In this document: positions 10,448 through 19,338 of the stretch, piece by piece
Layout: each line of letters starts with the position of its first letter
How positions within the stretch are numbered: position 1 is the stretch's first letter
Origin: Escherichia phage vB_EcoM_01
Reading direction: 5' to 3' (one strand)
Sequence record: PP129558
DNA: 64,000 nucleotides
The notes under the pieces: model-generated
The model's database searches: none
Seen by the model: only the letters and a program-made list of their open reading frames with translations
What the model was told of the DNA's origin: nothing
Translations under genes and position numbers: made by a program

Positions 10448-10849
10448 TTAGTATTGCTCGCCACTAATACGTTCCTTAAGTTGTTTAATAGCTTCAACTG
10501 CATCTACATAAGAAGAGTTATACATGTGTTTCAGTGCCACTCGGATTAAAGGATCTTTTGTGAAGAAATCAATAAGAAGCATAGCTTGATCATGTTTAGC
10601 TGCATTTGTCATAGATGGATAATTTTCACGAACCATATACGTGTTATTTTGCATAAGGGTTCTTTCTAGTTCGATACAATGAATAGCTTTATCTAGGTTA
10701 ATCTGACGTTCACCTTTAATACGTGTTGCGTATTTTGCCAATTTGCAAAAACAAGGTGTGCCACCAACCAAATAAGTTAGTTCGATAGGTTGCATTGCCA
10801 TTTTTGTGTAGTGATCACCGTCAACCTGATTATCAAAAGCATTAGACAT
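10448..10849 (-). CDS. hypothetical protein (GDHY motif; possibly DUF3310-like)
   Basis: 133 aa ORF in the operon; family assignment is from memory of a GGDHY-type motif only. Confidence 0.35.
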   Translation of the reverse strand: MSNAFDNQVDGDHYTKMAMQPIELTYLVGGTPCFCKLAKYATRIKGERQINLDKAIHCIELERTLMQNNTYMVRENYPSMTNAAKHDQAMLLIDFFTKDPLIRVALKHMYNSSYVDAVEAIKQLKERISGEQY

Positions 10850-11114
10850 AATTTTCCTCCTGAATTCCTACTGCGCCTTCTTCTGGGTAATCTGTATAAT
10901 AAGCTACCCTACCTTGATAGATAACATCACCATCATCATTGTAGATTGCTGTATCTTCTTGAATTGTTATTTTAACGTCAAGTAAATCGGGGTCTTTCTC
11001 GATGGTGTAGTTTAAACCTAACATTTCAAACAGTTCGAAAATTTCGTTACCTGTTAATGTAATGCTCATATTTCCTCCTTTTATTGTGGTTAGCAGAGTA
11101 TACACTAATATCAA
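10842..11114 (-). CDS. hypothetical protein
   Basis: 90 aa acidic ORF; ATGA-type overlap with the downstream gene. Confidence 0.35.
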   Translation of the reverse strand: MILVYTLLTTIKGGNMSITLTGNEIFELFEMLGLNYTIEKDPDLLDVKITIQEDTAIYNDDGDVIYQGRVAYYTDYPEEGAVGIQEENYV

Positions 11115-11155
11115 ATTTTTGTCAATAAAAAAGGGAGCAATAAGCTCCCTGATTA

Positions 11156-12115
11156 TTAGATTCCAATAATAGTTGCTGCTCGTTTATCTTTGGATCTGGT
11201 GTTTGCTCTACTACGTGACAAACCTCCACAAGATTCACAACGAATGATATCGAAAGAACTTACCGCAGTGTGGTATTGTTTACCAGTAACAACGTGAACG
11301 TGATCACTGCCACAACGAGAACAACGGACCTTCTCATCTGGGTAATAAGCGGATAAGTTAGGATGCTGTGGAATCCACGGAAGGATTTTCATATACAAAT
11401 CACGGAGCGAAACAACATCACCATCATTGTAAATCTGCATACGTTCAAAAGCATCACGATCACCTTCACAACATGCTTTCCATAAAGGGAACCCCTCGTT
11501 ATCCAGTTTTTCACTTTCTGTTTCGAAATATGCTCCCATTTCTTTAAGGGAATTGGAAGGAAGTGCAAATTGTTTCTTAGCTGCCTTCAATGTATCAACA
11601 ACTACATAATTAGAAGGAGGAGCCATATCGTGATATGCAAATCGTTGGTTAATGTATGCACGGTCAAACTTATATCCGTTGTGTGCCACAACTACATCTG
11701 CCTCATTCAGAAGGTTCCAAAGATCTTGGCAAAGCTCCCAATCATCTGTATGATCAATATCAAAAAGAGGATAAGAAGACAAGTTCTTACCTTCCACTTC
11801 ACCAGTATACAGGTCGGCAGAAGAGTAAGATAACAAATAACCCCTACGAATTACTTGATCTGGAGAAATGAAGGCTTTGAATCGACGGAAAGTATATGCA
11901 ATCTCTGGTGCAGTTTCAACATCAATAATTTTAATAACTGGTTGTTTCTTTTTAACTGGCTCTTGTTTACTTGCTCCGAATCGTGCAAGGAAATCGTTCA
12001 CTGTGCTTTTTCTTGTTGGACTACCTAAAACAATTGCTGCAATATTGCGAGAAGACATACCCTCTGCACTCATACTAAGGATATCTGCTTTCTGCTCTTC
12101 TGTTAATCTGCTCAC
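11156..12115 (-). CDS. DEDD-family 3-prime to 5-prime exonuclease with C-terminal zinc ribbon
   Basis: 319 aa; Exo I (IIDVETAPE), Exo II (HNGYKFD) and Exo III (YNDGDVVSLRDLY) motifs of DnaQ-like exonucleases; two CxxC pairs near the C-terminus. Confidence 0.55.
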   Translation of the reverse strand: MSRLTEEQKADILSMSAEGMSSRNIAAIVLGSPTRKSTVNDFLARFGASKQEPVKKKQPVIKIIDVETAPEIAYTFRRFKAFISPDQVIRRGYLLSYSSADLYTGEVEGKNLSSYPLFDIDHTDDWELCQDLWNLLNEADVVVAHNGYKFDRAYINQRFAYHDMAPPSNYVVVDTLKAAKKQFALPSNSLKEMGAYFETESEKLDNEGFPLWKACCEGDRDAFERMQIYNDGDVVSLRDLYMKILPWIPQHPNLSAYYPDEKVRCSRCGSDHVHVVTGKQYHTAVSSFDIIRCESCGGLSRSRANTRSKDKRAATIIGI

Positions 12116-12801
12116 TCTGCCTCCTGTTGCGAGATGTATGACTGAAGCATACTCTCAAATGTTGTATCGTCATTATCCCAGCGTTTCATGTATACCAACT
12201 GGAAAATTGTTTCTATCCATTCATCTGTTGTCATATGGACTTCTTCTCCATCCCAAGAAGTAAAATTAACACCATCTGGGAACCATGAGTAGTAAGTATC
12301 TTTAACTGTTTGGAAAAGTTCTGCTTGAGTTTTACAAGCTGAAAGAAGATTAAAACAAGTAATATCTCCGAACTTAATATCAAAATCTTGATAAGGTCGG
12401 ATACTATCTGTTTTATCTCCCATTAGCATCTGATATGCTAACCAGTAACTGCCCCAACCTTTAACTTCTTTCTTTTTACCTTTATCTACGATCCATATGT
12501 CGCCAATAGACTCGTCAATAAGAATTATATCTGGATTTTTAAATACTCCATCCTCTTTGTAGAAATTAAAAAGGATACTAGGAGTATGTAAACTATCTTT
12601 ATCTATAGATACAACGATATAAGAAAATTTACCCGTCCTTTTATAATCTTTATAACCTTGGAAACCATACTTCTCTAACTCATCATCAGCTTCTATTACA
12701 GTAACAACATCACCATTGTGGAACTCCACAAGATAATCTTTGGTTTCTGAAAGCTGGAGTGGTTTGATATCTAATCGTTCAGATTTATATTCTACAGGCA
12801 T
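12112..12801 (-). CDS. hypothetical protein; reading frame stays open upstream to 13239 without an ATG
   Basis: 229 aa from the first ATG; the same frame has no stop for another 146 codons upstream and no in-frame ATG/GTG/TTG, so the true start is unresolved. Confidence 0.4.
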   Translation of the reverse strand: MPVEYKSERLDIKPLQLSETKDYLVEFHNGDVVTVIEADDELEKYGFQGYKDYKRTGKFSYIVVSIDKDSLHTPSILFNFYKEDGVFKNPDIILIDESIGDIWIVDKGKKKEVKGWGSYWLAYQMLMGDKTDSIRPYQDFDIKFGDITCFNLLSACKTQAELFQTVKDTYYSWFPDGVNFTSWDGEEVHMTTDEWIETIFQLVYMKRWDNDDTTFESMLQSYISQQEAE

Positions 12802-13243
12802 TTTGAAGGCGTGTCTGAAAGTTTTTCCTACGCCAATAACTCCGCAATATTTTTCTAAACGTAGATGTTTTAGAATACCTAAGACTTTTGTTTTAGCTGC
12901 TTGGAAGGTGTGTCCGATATCTTCTGGCGGGTATTGCTTATCAATGATTTCGAACTCTTCCTTTGTGAAGGGACGTTTGTTTTTGGAGGCTCTTTCTGCA
13001 TTTGTATCTCCTAGCCAACCTCCAATTTTAGTCTTGCTTTTACCCCAAAACTCTGTCTTATTTTTAAATTCCTTTTGAGCACCTGAAGGGATGTGCTTCG
13101 CAATGATTGTTCTTTTCTCTAATGCAGACGCTGCTTGGAAAGCGATCTGATCGTAATCAATTGCAGCTATTGTTTCTTCGTTGACATATAAATGAAGATC
13201 TTCAGGTTTAATTAAAATATAACCGCTAATATTTCCCCCCTAA

Positions 13244-13453
13244 TTATTCATCGTCATCCTCTGTTGAGAATGTTTTAGTATACGGACATTGACGACTTTT
13301 CGGGATTGCTATAACTTCATCTTGGTTAGCGTTAGAATAGTAGCAATATTTTGTATTGCCATTAACTTCAGAATCAGACAAGATTAAAGTAATTTGACCT
13401 GCTGCTACTGTGAAACTAAAAGCTAAAAGAACGACTGTCAGAATCTTTTTCAT
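13244..13453 (-). CDS. small secreted protein (signal peptide)
   Basis: 69 aa; N-terminal MKKILTVVLLAFSFTVAAG hydrophobic signal-like segment; AGGAGG RBS immediately after the upstream terminator. Confidence 0.4.
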   Translation of the reverse strand: MKKILTVVLLAFSFTVAAGQITLILSDSEVNGNTKYCYYSNANQDEVIAIPKSRQCPYTKTFSTEDDDE

Positions 13454-13463
13454 AACGCCTCCT

Positions 13464-13492
13464 AAAAAGCCTACCTCATTAAGTAGGTAGGC
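13464..13492 (-). terminator. intrinsic terminator (minus strand)
   Basis: Perfect 8-bp stem GCCTACCT/AGGTAGGC followed by TTTTT on the minus strand, then the AGGAGG RBS of the next gene. Confidence 0.65.
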
Positions 13493-13525
13493 ATAATATC
13501 ATAACTAATCCCGCAAGTCAAGAAC

Positions 13526-14404
13526 TTATTTAAGGATTGTTGCTTTGGTTAAATCTTCCATCAGACCTCGAATCTCATTGAAGCACAGAAGGACCGAAGC
13601 TTCAATACTACCTTCTTCGTCTGCAAAATATTTCGGAAAACGTAGTTTAGAAAGTTTAAACTCTTTATCCACTACAAAATCTACAACACCGTCATATTCA
13701 AGACCGATTGCAACAACATCTTTACCATCTTCTTTTAGTTCGACAGCTTTAGACTCGTATAGGGATTCTTTACTCCAAACAACAACGCCCTCGCTATCCT
13801 CCATTTTGATATAATTTCCGAGAGTAATACGATCTGCTTCGTGATTCTCCAGCAATTCACCAAAACCTTTCACAATAGCTTCTTCATGCACACTAAAACC
13901 TACCGAAGGGAAAGTCCCCAGAACGGAACGGAGGAAAGAAGTAATCTCTTCTGCAACCTTTTTACTTCCATTAAGAACATAAAGAAGATTCGTAGTTTTA
14001 TCCAGAACCACATAATTGAAGAAATCTTCCGGTTCGGTTTCTGGGAGCAGACCAAATTCAATATCAGCTTTCAGGACTTTCATGTCTTCTTTAGCTACAA
14101 AGAATTCTTGGCCTTGGCTTTCCATATCTACTCGAATTTCTTCCAGGCGTTCATTAAGAAGACGTTTAACTTTCTTCTTGTCAACTTTCTTAACAGATTG
14201 ACCAACCTGGAGGAGTTCCAGATCGGAGAACTCTTTTACGTATTTCCCATCATCTTCAAAACGAACCAGACCAATAGTATGGGCTTGAGATCCTTCGGCA
14301 GGTACAAAGTCAATCGGAAATTCGTTGAACTCGTTCAGAGACGCTACAGAAGCATTATCACCAGCAACCATCGGAAGTGCAGATTTAAAAGATTTAACGA
14401 ACAT
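13526..14404 (-). CDS. RdgC-like recombination-associated protein (tentative)
   Basis: 292 aa; length and residue pattern (LLP..F, V.D..S.K.AE, LR.SLG..P) loosely resemble RdgC as recalled from memory; not searched. Confidence 0.35.
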   Translation of the reverse strand: MFVKSFKSALPMVAGDNASVASLNEFNEFPIDFVPAEGSQAHTIGLVRFEDDGKYVKEFSDLELLQVGQSVKKVDKKKVKRLLNERLEEIRVDMESQGQEFFVAKEDMKVLKADIEFGLLPETEPEDFFNYVVLDKTTNLLYVLNGSKKVAEEITSFLRSVLGTFPSVGFSVHEEAIVKGFGELLENHEADRITLGNYIKMEDSEGVVVWSKESLYESKAVELKEDGKDVVAIGLEYDGVVDFVVDKEFKLSKLRFPKYFADEEGSIEASVLLCFNEIRGLMEDLTKATILK

Positions 14405-14430
14405 ATATTTCCTCCTATTATTTAACTCTC

Positions 14431-14453
14431 ACAATAACCGCCCCGAAGGGCGG
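14431..14453 (-). terminator. terminator-like hairpin (minus strand)
   Basis: CCGCCC-CGAA-GGGCGG stem-loop downstream of the 14462..15190 gene; weak U tract. Confidence 0.4.
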
Positions 14454-14461
14454 CTTACAGA

Positions 14462-15190
14462 TTATTTCTTAGCAATGATTTTTGCAATATCAGGTTTAAC
14501 AAAGGTAGAAGGCTTCATGATCTTACCTTTATCATCAAAGAACACATACACTTTCTGTTTTTCATTATAAACAGCATGAACACCAGTGTATGCCCCTTCT
14601 GGACGATTGGCATTTCGTTCTTCAATTGCAGCGCATTCTTGTGCAATGGCTGAATCGATATCCGAAGTTTTCCAAGTTTTCAGCAACTGTTGTTTAGTTG
14701 GATACTTGGAATCATTACTTTTCAATACCTCTTTAATAACTTTCTTTTCTGGATATTTTGAACGGATTAGAGTGTCACGAGACATACGCATAATACCAGC
14801 AGCCATTAGTGCCATTTGAACTGGCTCTGTAAATGTTTGTTCCAAAGCATCAAAATCAGTATACACAGTTGGAGTAAAAACATCGCCTACAACATAGTCC
14901 AAGAAATTCATCGTATGTTCTTCACCAAAGAACATGTAAGTAAGATAACTGGATACTACAAAAATATCCGCTGCTGCATCCAAGAGTTCTACATGATCGT
15001 TTACTTTCGCGGCTGTTTCATACTCTTTAAGCTCTTCACGAACGAACCCGATTTGGGACATAAATAGCTCTTGAGTGAATTCAGGTTGTTCACCACCTCG
15101 TGCTTTGGCATTCCAATCAATTACGTGCTTTGCTGCATTTTTGAAAAATTCAGTATCGAATTTAATATCTTTAAAAAAATTCTCGATCAT
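14462..15190 (-). CDS. hypothetical protein, possible MazG-like NTP pyrophosphohydrolase
   Basis: 242 aa; REELKEYETAA...ELLDAAADIF resembles the EExxE...ExxD acidic motif of MazG-type enzymes; weak. Confidence 0.3.
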   Translation of the reverse strand: MIENFFKDIKFDTEFFKNAAKHVIDWNAKARGGEQPEFTQELFMSQIGFVREELKEYETAAKVNDHVELLDAAADIFVVSSYLTYMFFGEEHTMNFLDYVVGDVFTPTVYTDFDALEQTFTEPVQMALMAAGIMRMSRDTLIRSKYPEKKVIKEVLKSNDSKYPTKQQLLKTWKTSDIDSAIAQECAAIEERNANRPEGAYTGVHAVYNEKQKVYVFFDDKGKIMKPSTFVKPDIAKIIAKK

Positions 15191-15199
15191 TATAACTCC

Positions 15200-15382
15200 T
15201 TATTTAAAATAGCTTTCTAGAAAGTTGCTAATATTTACTACAGACTCACCCATGTAAATCCCTGCGAAACCGAAAACAAGCATACGTGGAATATTGAAAT
15301 ACCATTTATCTGCCGGAAAAGATGCCAGAATTACGATAGCAATTGCTATCAACATCATAAGAATTGTTGCTAAAATTATCAT
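15200..15382 (-). CDS. small membrane protein (60 aa, two hydrophobic segments)
   Basis: Start MIILATILMMLIAIAIV with GGAGG 6 nt upstream; the ORF-track version (15200..15487) extends into the duplicated segment. Confidence 0.4.
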   Translation of the reverse strand: MIILATILMMLIAIAIVILASFPADKWYFNIPRMLVFGFAGIYMGESVVNISNFLESYFK

Positions 15383-15626
15383 AAAAATGCCTCCAGGTAT
15401 TTTGCACAATGATAAGCTAAGAACATTTTTCCTCCTTATTCTGCTGGTTCCCAAGTGCCTGGGATCATTTCTCGAATACGATAGCAATTGCTATCAACAT
15501 CATAAGAATTGTTGCTAAAATTATCATAAAAATGCCTCCAGGTATTTTGCACAATGATAAGCTAAGAACATTTTTCCTCCTTATTCTGCTGGTTCCCAAG
15601 TGCCTGGGATCATTTCTCGAATACGA
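15332..15626. repeat. perfect tandem duplication of ~146 bp (15336-15480 = 15481-15625)
   Basis: Unit holds the ligase 3-prime end, an RBS and the start of the small membrane protein; same size class as the other duplications and the gap flanks. Confidence 0.85.
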
Positions 15627-16708
15627 ACACCAACAGGTTTTGTTGGAATACCTTCATCTGAAAATTCTTCATACTCTATTTCAACGAACTGATTAATCAA
15701 GGTAGAAGCATTCTCTGCTTTACGATAATTGATAGTCTCATGAGCATCTTTACGCATTAAGAATTCGACTACTTTACCATTTTCCATCTCACCTGTCAAC
15801 ACTCCATCACCATTTTTATCACTTTTTGAATTTGTTACTTTAACTTCAAGGGTGTGGCGAGGCTTACGTTTAATAACGTCATAAGAACGTTTATCAAATT
15901 CGTAAACTCCGTGAGCATTACGATATACTACACCTTCAGCTTTCTCAAGTAAAGCTTTTTCATAGAAAGCATCAAACTGTTCTTGGTTTTCAATATACTC
16001 TGTATGAACTACGCAAATAAGCTCGTCAAGACCATAATCTTCAACTACTGCCTTAAGAGCAGCAAGAACATCAACACGTTTTTCAAACGGTAGATCTGGA
16101 ACTGGAATATCGTATACGTAATAATTCAGCAAAGGTGTATTTGCATTATGCTTCTTCCAGGCACTGTTAATTTGTTGCAGACTAAGGACACCTAACCCAG
16201 CAAACACTTCACCATCAAGAGGATGACCAACAACTTCACTAATAAAGTTTGGAATACCTTTCCAATGAGGTGGCAGGTTATACACTTCTCCAGCTTTTGA
16301 TAAACACTCCCCTTTCATGTTAATCATAGAACGTAACCCGTTCAGTTTGTATTGTGCATAACCAGGGAACACAACCCTTTCAGGATAATCTTTATAATCC
16401 TGGCATTTCATTGGTGTGGAAGGAACATGGTTTTCAGCTTCTTCTTTTGTTTTATAATAGCCATTCTTTAACTGTTTTGTCCATTTGGCAAAAGCTTCAA
16501 GTTCAGCTTGTTCTTCTGGTGTTGTTTCATTGGAACGACCGATGTTTTTTGCTTCTGCTGTATAAGATTTTTCTGTGATTTTTCCACCTACCCTTCCATG
16601 AGCTACAGTAACAACTGCACCATCTGTATACACTGTCCACTGTTTAAGTTTTCCTTTTGAATCTTTACCATACAGCGTTTGATTTGTTTGTTGCATTAGT
16701 CCTCCCAT
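15581..16708 (-). CDS. ATP-dependent ligase (nucleotidyltransferase superfamily), probably DNA ligase
   Basis: 375 aa; motif I KLNGLR (KxNG variant of KxDG), motif III LDGEVF, motif IV EGVVYR, motif V DVIKRKP. Confidence 0.55.
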   Translation of the reverse strand: MGGLMQQTNQTLYGKDSKGKLKQWTVYTDGAVVTVAHGRVGGKITEKSYTAEAKNIGRSNETTPEEQAELEAFAKWTKQLKNGYYKTKEEAENHVPSTPMKCQDYKDYPERVVFPGYAQYKLNGLRSMINMKGECLSKAGEVYNLPPHWKGIPNFISEVVGHPLDGEVFAGLGVLSLQQINSAWKKHNANTPLLNYYVYDIPVPDLPFEKRVDVLAALKAVVEDYGLDELICVVHTEYIENQEQFDAFYEKALLEKAEGVVYRNAHGVYEFDKRSYDVIKRKPRHTLEVKVTNSKSDKNGDGVLTGEMENGKVVEFLMRKDAHETINYRKAENASTLINQFVEIEYEEFSDEGIPTKPVGVRIREMIPGTWEPAE

Positions 16709-16917
16709 TTAAAAACTGAAATTTTCAATCTGTTACACACTTCATCCAAATCTGCGTCGAGTAACGTTGTAGATGTTGCCAACATATAATCAATGCTTGT
16801 GAAACCTTGCCCTTTGGCATAGTCAAGCATATCTTCATACATATCTTCAAGATCACCGTCATCAAAAGTAGCTAGAAAATCCTCGTCCCCACTACGAACA
16901 TAAAATGCAGTACTCAT
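16696..16917 (-). CDS. hypothetical small, highly acidic protein
   Basis: 73 aa, very D/E-rich (SGDEDFLATFDDGDLEDMYEDMLDY). Confidence 0.3.
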   Translation of the reverse strand: MSTAFYVRSGDEDFLATFDDGDLEDMYEDMLDYAKGQGFTSIDYMLATSTTLLDADLDEVCNRLKISVFKWED

Positions 16918-17102
16918 TCATCTTCATCCCAAGATTCAAAAACGCAGCAATCATCGGTTTCTATAATACCAACACGTCCGCAGGTATTGCAAGTGATTTT
17001 ATCACCGTAGAATAAATAATTTTTATCACCCTCTGTGTTTACAGTTATGTCATTACTACCACAAGGGCAAGTCAGCCAACCAACAACGATATCTTTTTTC
17101 AT
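16914..17102 (-). CDS. hypothetical zinc-ribbon protein
   Basis: 62 aa; CPCG...CNTCG Cys pairs. Confidence 0.3.
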   Translation of the reverse strand: MKKDIVVGWLTCPCGSNDITVNTEGDKNYLFYGDKITCNTCGRVGIIETDDCCVFESWDEDE

Positions 17103-17111
17103 AATCCCTCC

Positions 17112-17438
17112 TTAAGCGTTCAGTTCGTTGTTGAGTTCGTAAATCTCTTCTTGAAGAGCATCAATCTCTTCCTCCAAACGGGAGATCTCTTCTTTTAGAT
17201 ATACCATTTCTGATTCTTTCTCTTCTAATTCATTTTCAAATTTTACTTTATTCGCCTCATTTTCATAATGCAGTTCAGCGTAATCATCACGCATTTGTTC
17301 AATAAGATGAATCAGAGATAAGATATAGTTATCCCCAGTTTCATCTCGCCACTCTTCCCCGTGGCGCAAGATTGTGATTCGTCCAGTATCTTCATCTAAA
17401 ATTGTCTCATATTTACGATCATCTGTATAAATCTGCAT
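17112..17438 (-). CDS. hypothetical coiled-coil protein
   Basis: 108 aa; C-terminal heptad-like E/L-rich region. Confidence 0.35.
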   Translation of the reverse strand: MQIYTDDRKYETILDEDTGRITILRHGEEWRDETGDNYILSLIHLIEQMRDDYAELHYENEANKVKFENELEEKESEMVYLKEEISRLEEEIDALQEEIYELNNELNA

Positions 17439-17447
17439 TATTTCTCC

Positions 17448-17852
17448 TTATTGAAGTTTAAGTGAACCACGAAGACGCTTCTCTTGCTGATCACGAATAT
17501 ATTGTGGAACCTCGTGAATTGAATCATTACCGTGCCTATTTTCAACAACTAAAGAGATAACTTGATAACCAAACTCTTCAGCAAGAGTTAGATAAGGTTT
17601 AAGTTCTTTCTCTGTGGTTGAAGTGTTAGAAACAATAATCTTGTTAAGATTAGATGCCATAGCATCACGAACAATACTCTGACACCATGCGTGTGCTTTA
17701 CCTACATTTTCTGGCTTCCAATCGTAAACACCACTTTCTGTGTAATGATATTGATCTGCCTCACAGATAGGCCAATAACCTTCAGAAATAATTTCTGCTA
17801 CTGTAGATTTACCAGCACCTGAAACGCCACGTAAAATGATAAGTTGTTTCAT
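17448..17852 (-). CDS. P-loop polynucleotide 5-prime kinase (T4 Pnk kinase-domain-like)
   Basis: 134 aa; Walker A GVSGAGKST; IIVSNTS and LAEEFGYQV segments resemble the T4 Pnk kinase domain as recalled from memory; no phosphatase domain. Confidence 0.5.
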   Translation of the reverse strand: MKQLIILRGVSGAGKSTVAEIISEGYWPICEADQYHYTESGVYDWKPENVGKAHAWCQSIVRDAMASNLNKIIVSNTSTTEKELKPYLTLAEEFGYQVISLVVENRHGNDSIHEVPQYIRDQQEKRLRGSLKLQ

Positions 17853-18785
17853 TTATCCTCCAAAGAAGTTTTCGATTTTTTCACGTCGCTCTTGCTGATT
17901 TAAAGCAGCCCATTGAGTCTTCGTAAAATTATTTCGAATCCATTCTAACAAAGCGTAATATTCTTCGTCAACAATTTGTTTGGCATTTTTTGGATTATCC
18001 CAAATCAGATCCCACTTTTTATCTCCACCGCGCATAAGAAACTTCTTAGTAAGATAGTGTGGTGATTTAATTTTTAAAAGTAAGTTGAACGGATAGTTTG
18101 TTTCACGAACTACAAACCCTTCGTGTTTACAATGCTTAGACATTTCAACAACATCTGAAAACTTAACCATTGGATGAACTTCAGGACGCTTAAATTTGGT
18201 GACAGAAGCAATCCCATCAAGAGCACCTTCAGGTAACATAAAACTTGTCCCATCAGGATTTTGAATTCTGGCACCAATTAAGTATGCACCTGGTTCTTCT
18301 TCGACAATATGTGGATCAGAAGGATCACAGATTTCAAAAAGGAAAGTTGCTTTTGCACTCTCTGTCCATTTGATGAAATGTTCTATGTCATCACACTCTG
18401 AAACAATACGATTCTTTGCAATACTTGCAAAATCTGATTCAAGGCTTCCTGTTGTCGATACAATAAGCTGACCTTTATATACACCTACAGAGGCCATAAA
18501 ACCATTTACTTTACGAACCACATCTACAAATTCATCCGCTGGTAGATCTGTGCCATTCTCAAAACGATTAAAAATCTTAGTGAAAGGCCAAATAACAACA
18601 TTGTCATCAGCGTCAACAACGATTCCGCGACATTCTAGAAGACGAGAATCAATGTTCCACAGGTTATCCCAGAAAACTTTGTTCTTATACTTAAGAACAG
18701 ATAGACCAGAATACTCTCCTTCTTTATATGTTTTCTTATGAACTAAACCTTTTTCAACCAAATCGTCGCAATTAAATTTAGTCAC
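17853..18785 (-). CDS. RNA ligase-like nucleotidyltransferase (Rnl-type)
   Basis: 310 aa; motif I KVNGFM, motif IV EGFVVR, motif V LLLKIK; sits between the kinase and the phosphoesterase. Confidence 0.45.
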   Translation of the reverse strand: MTKFNCDDLVEKGLVHKKTYKEGEYSGLSVLKYKNKVFWDNLWNIDSRLLECRGIVVDADDNVVIWPFTKIFNRFENGTDLPADEFVDVVRKVNGFMASVGVYKGQLIVSTTGSLESDFASIAKNRIVSECDDIEHFIKWTESAKATFLFEICDPSDPHIVEEEPGAYLIGARIQNPDGTSFMLPEGALDGIASVTKFKRPEVHPMVKFSDVVEMSKHCKHEGFVVRETNYPFNLLLKIKSPHYLTKKFLMRGGDKKWDLIWDNPKNAKQIVDEEYYALLEWIRNNFTKTQWAALNQQERREKIENFFGG

Positions 18786-18786
18786 A

Positions 18787-19338
18787 TTACTCTCCTTTGA
18801 TTATTTTGTGATGGTCTACAGTTACGATATCTCGTTTACTCATCATAGAAATTATCTCATCAAAATGTAAGATTTTTCCATGTGCATCCCAACCCACATC
18901 TAACATTTTACCATAAGCTTCATCAGGGAAAGATCCGTGGGAATGCCCATGTAGCATGATTGATCCACGACCTTGTTTATTCCAGGAGGCCATAGGGTAA
19001 TGGCTTAAGACGAAGAACAGCTTCTGATATTTCACTTCGTCATAATACACCACTTCTCCATACTCTGCAAGCACTTCTCGGTGTTTGCTGTAATCATGGT
19101 TCCCAACACAATAAGTGATATCCCCTTGGAGGCGGGAAGCAATCTTACGGGTATCTTCTTCAGTCCCGAAACAGAAGTCACCCAAATGCCACATCTTGAC
19201 ACCTGGACTCGTAGCGCATTTATTCCATGCTTCGATCAGTGCTTCTGTCATGTGGTCCATATCTTCCCACGGTCGATATTCAGGAGCAAACTCTCGTATA
19301 CGTTTGTGCATAAAATGCAAATCACTTGTAATAAACAT
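18787..19338 (-). CDS. calcineurin-like metallophosphoesterase
   Basis: 183 aa; DLHF, GDFCFG, GNHD and GHSH motifs of the metallophosphatase fold. Confidence 0.7.
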   Translation of the reverse strand: MFITSDLHFMHKRIREFAPEYRPWEDMDHMTEALIEAWNKCATSPGVKMWHLGDFCFGTEEDTRKIASRLQGDITYCVGNHDYSKHREVLAEYGEVVYYDEVKYQKLFFVLSHYPMASWNKQGRGSIMLHGHSHGSFPDEAYGKMLDVGWDAHGKILHFDEIISMMSKRDIVTVDHHKIIKGE

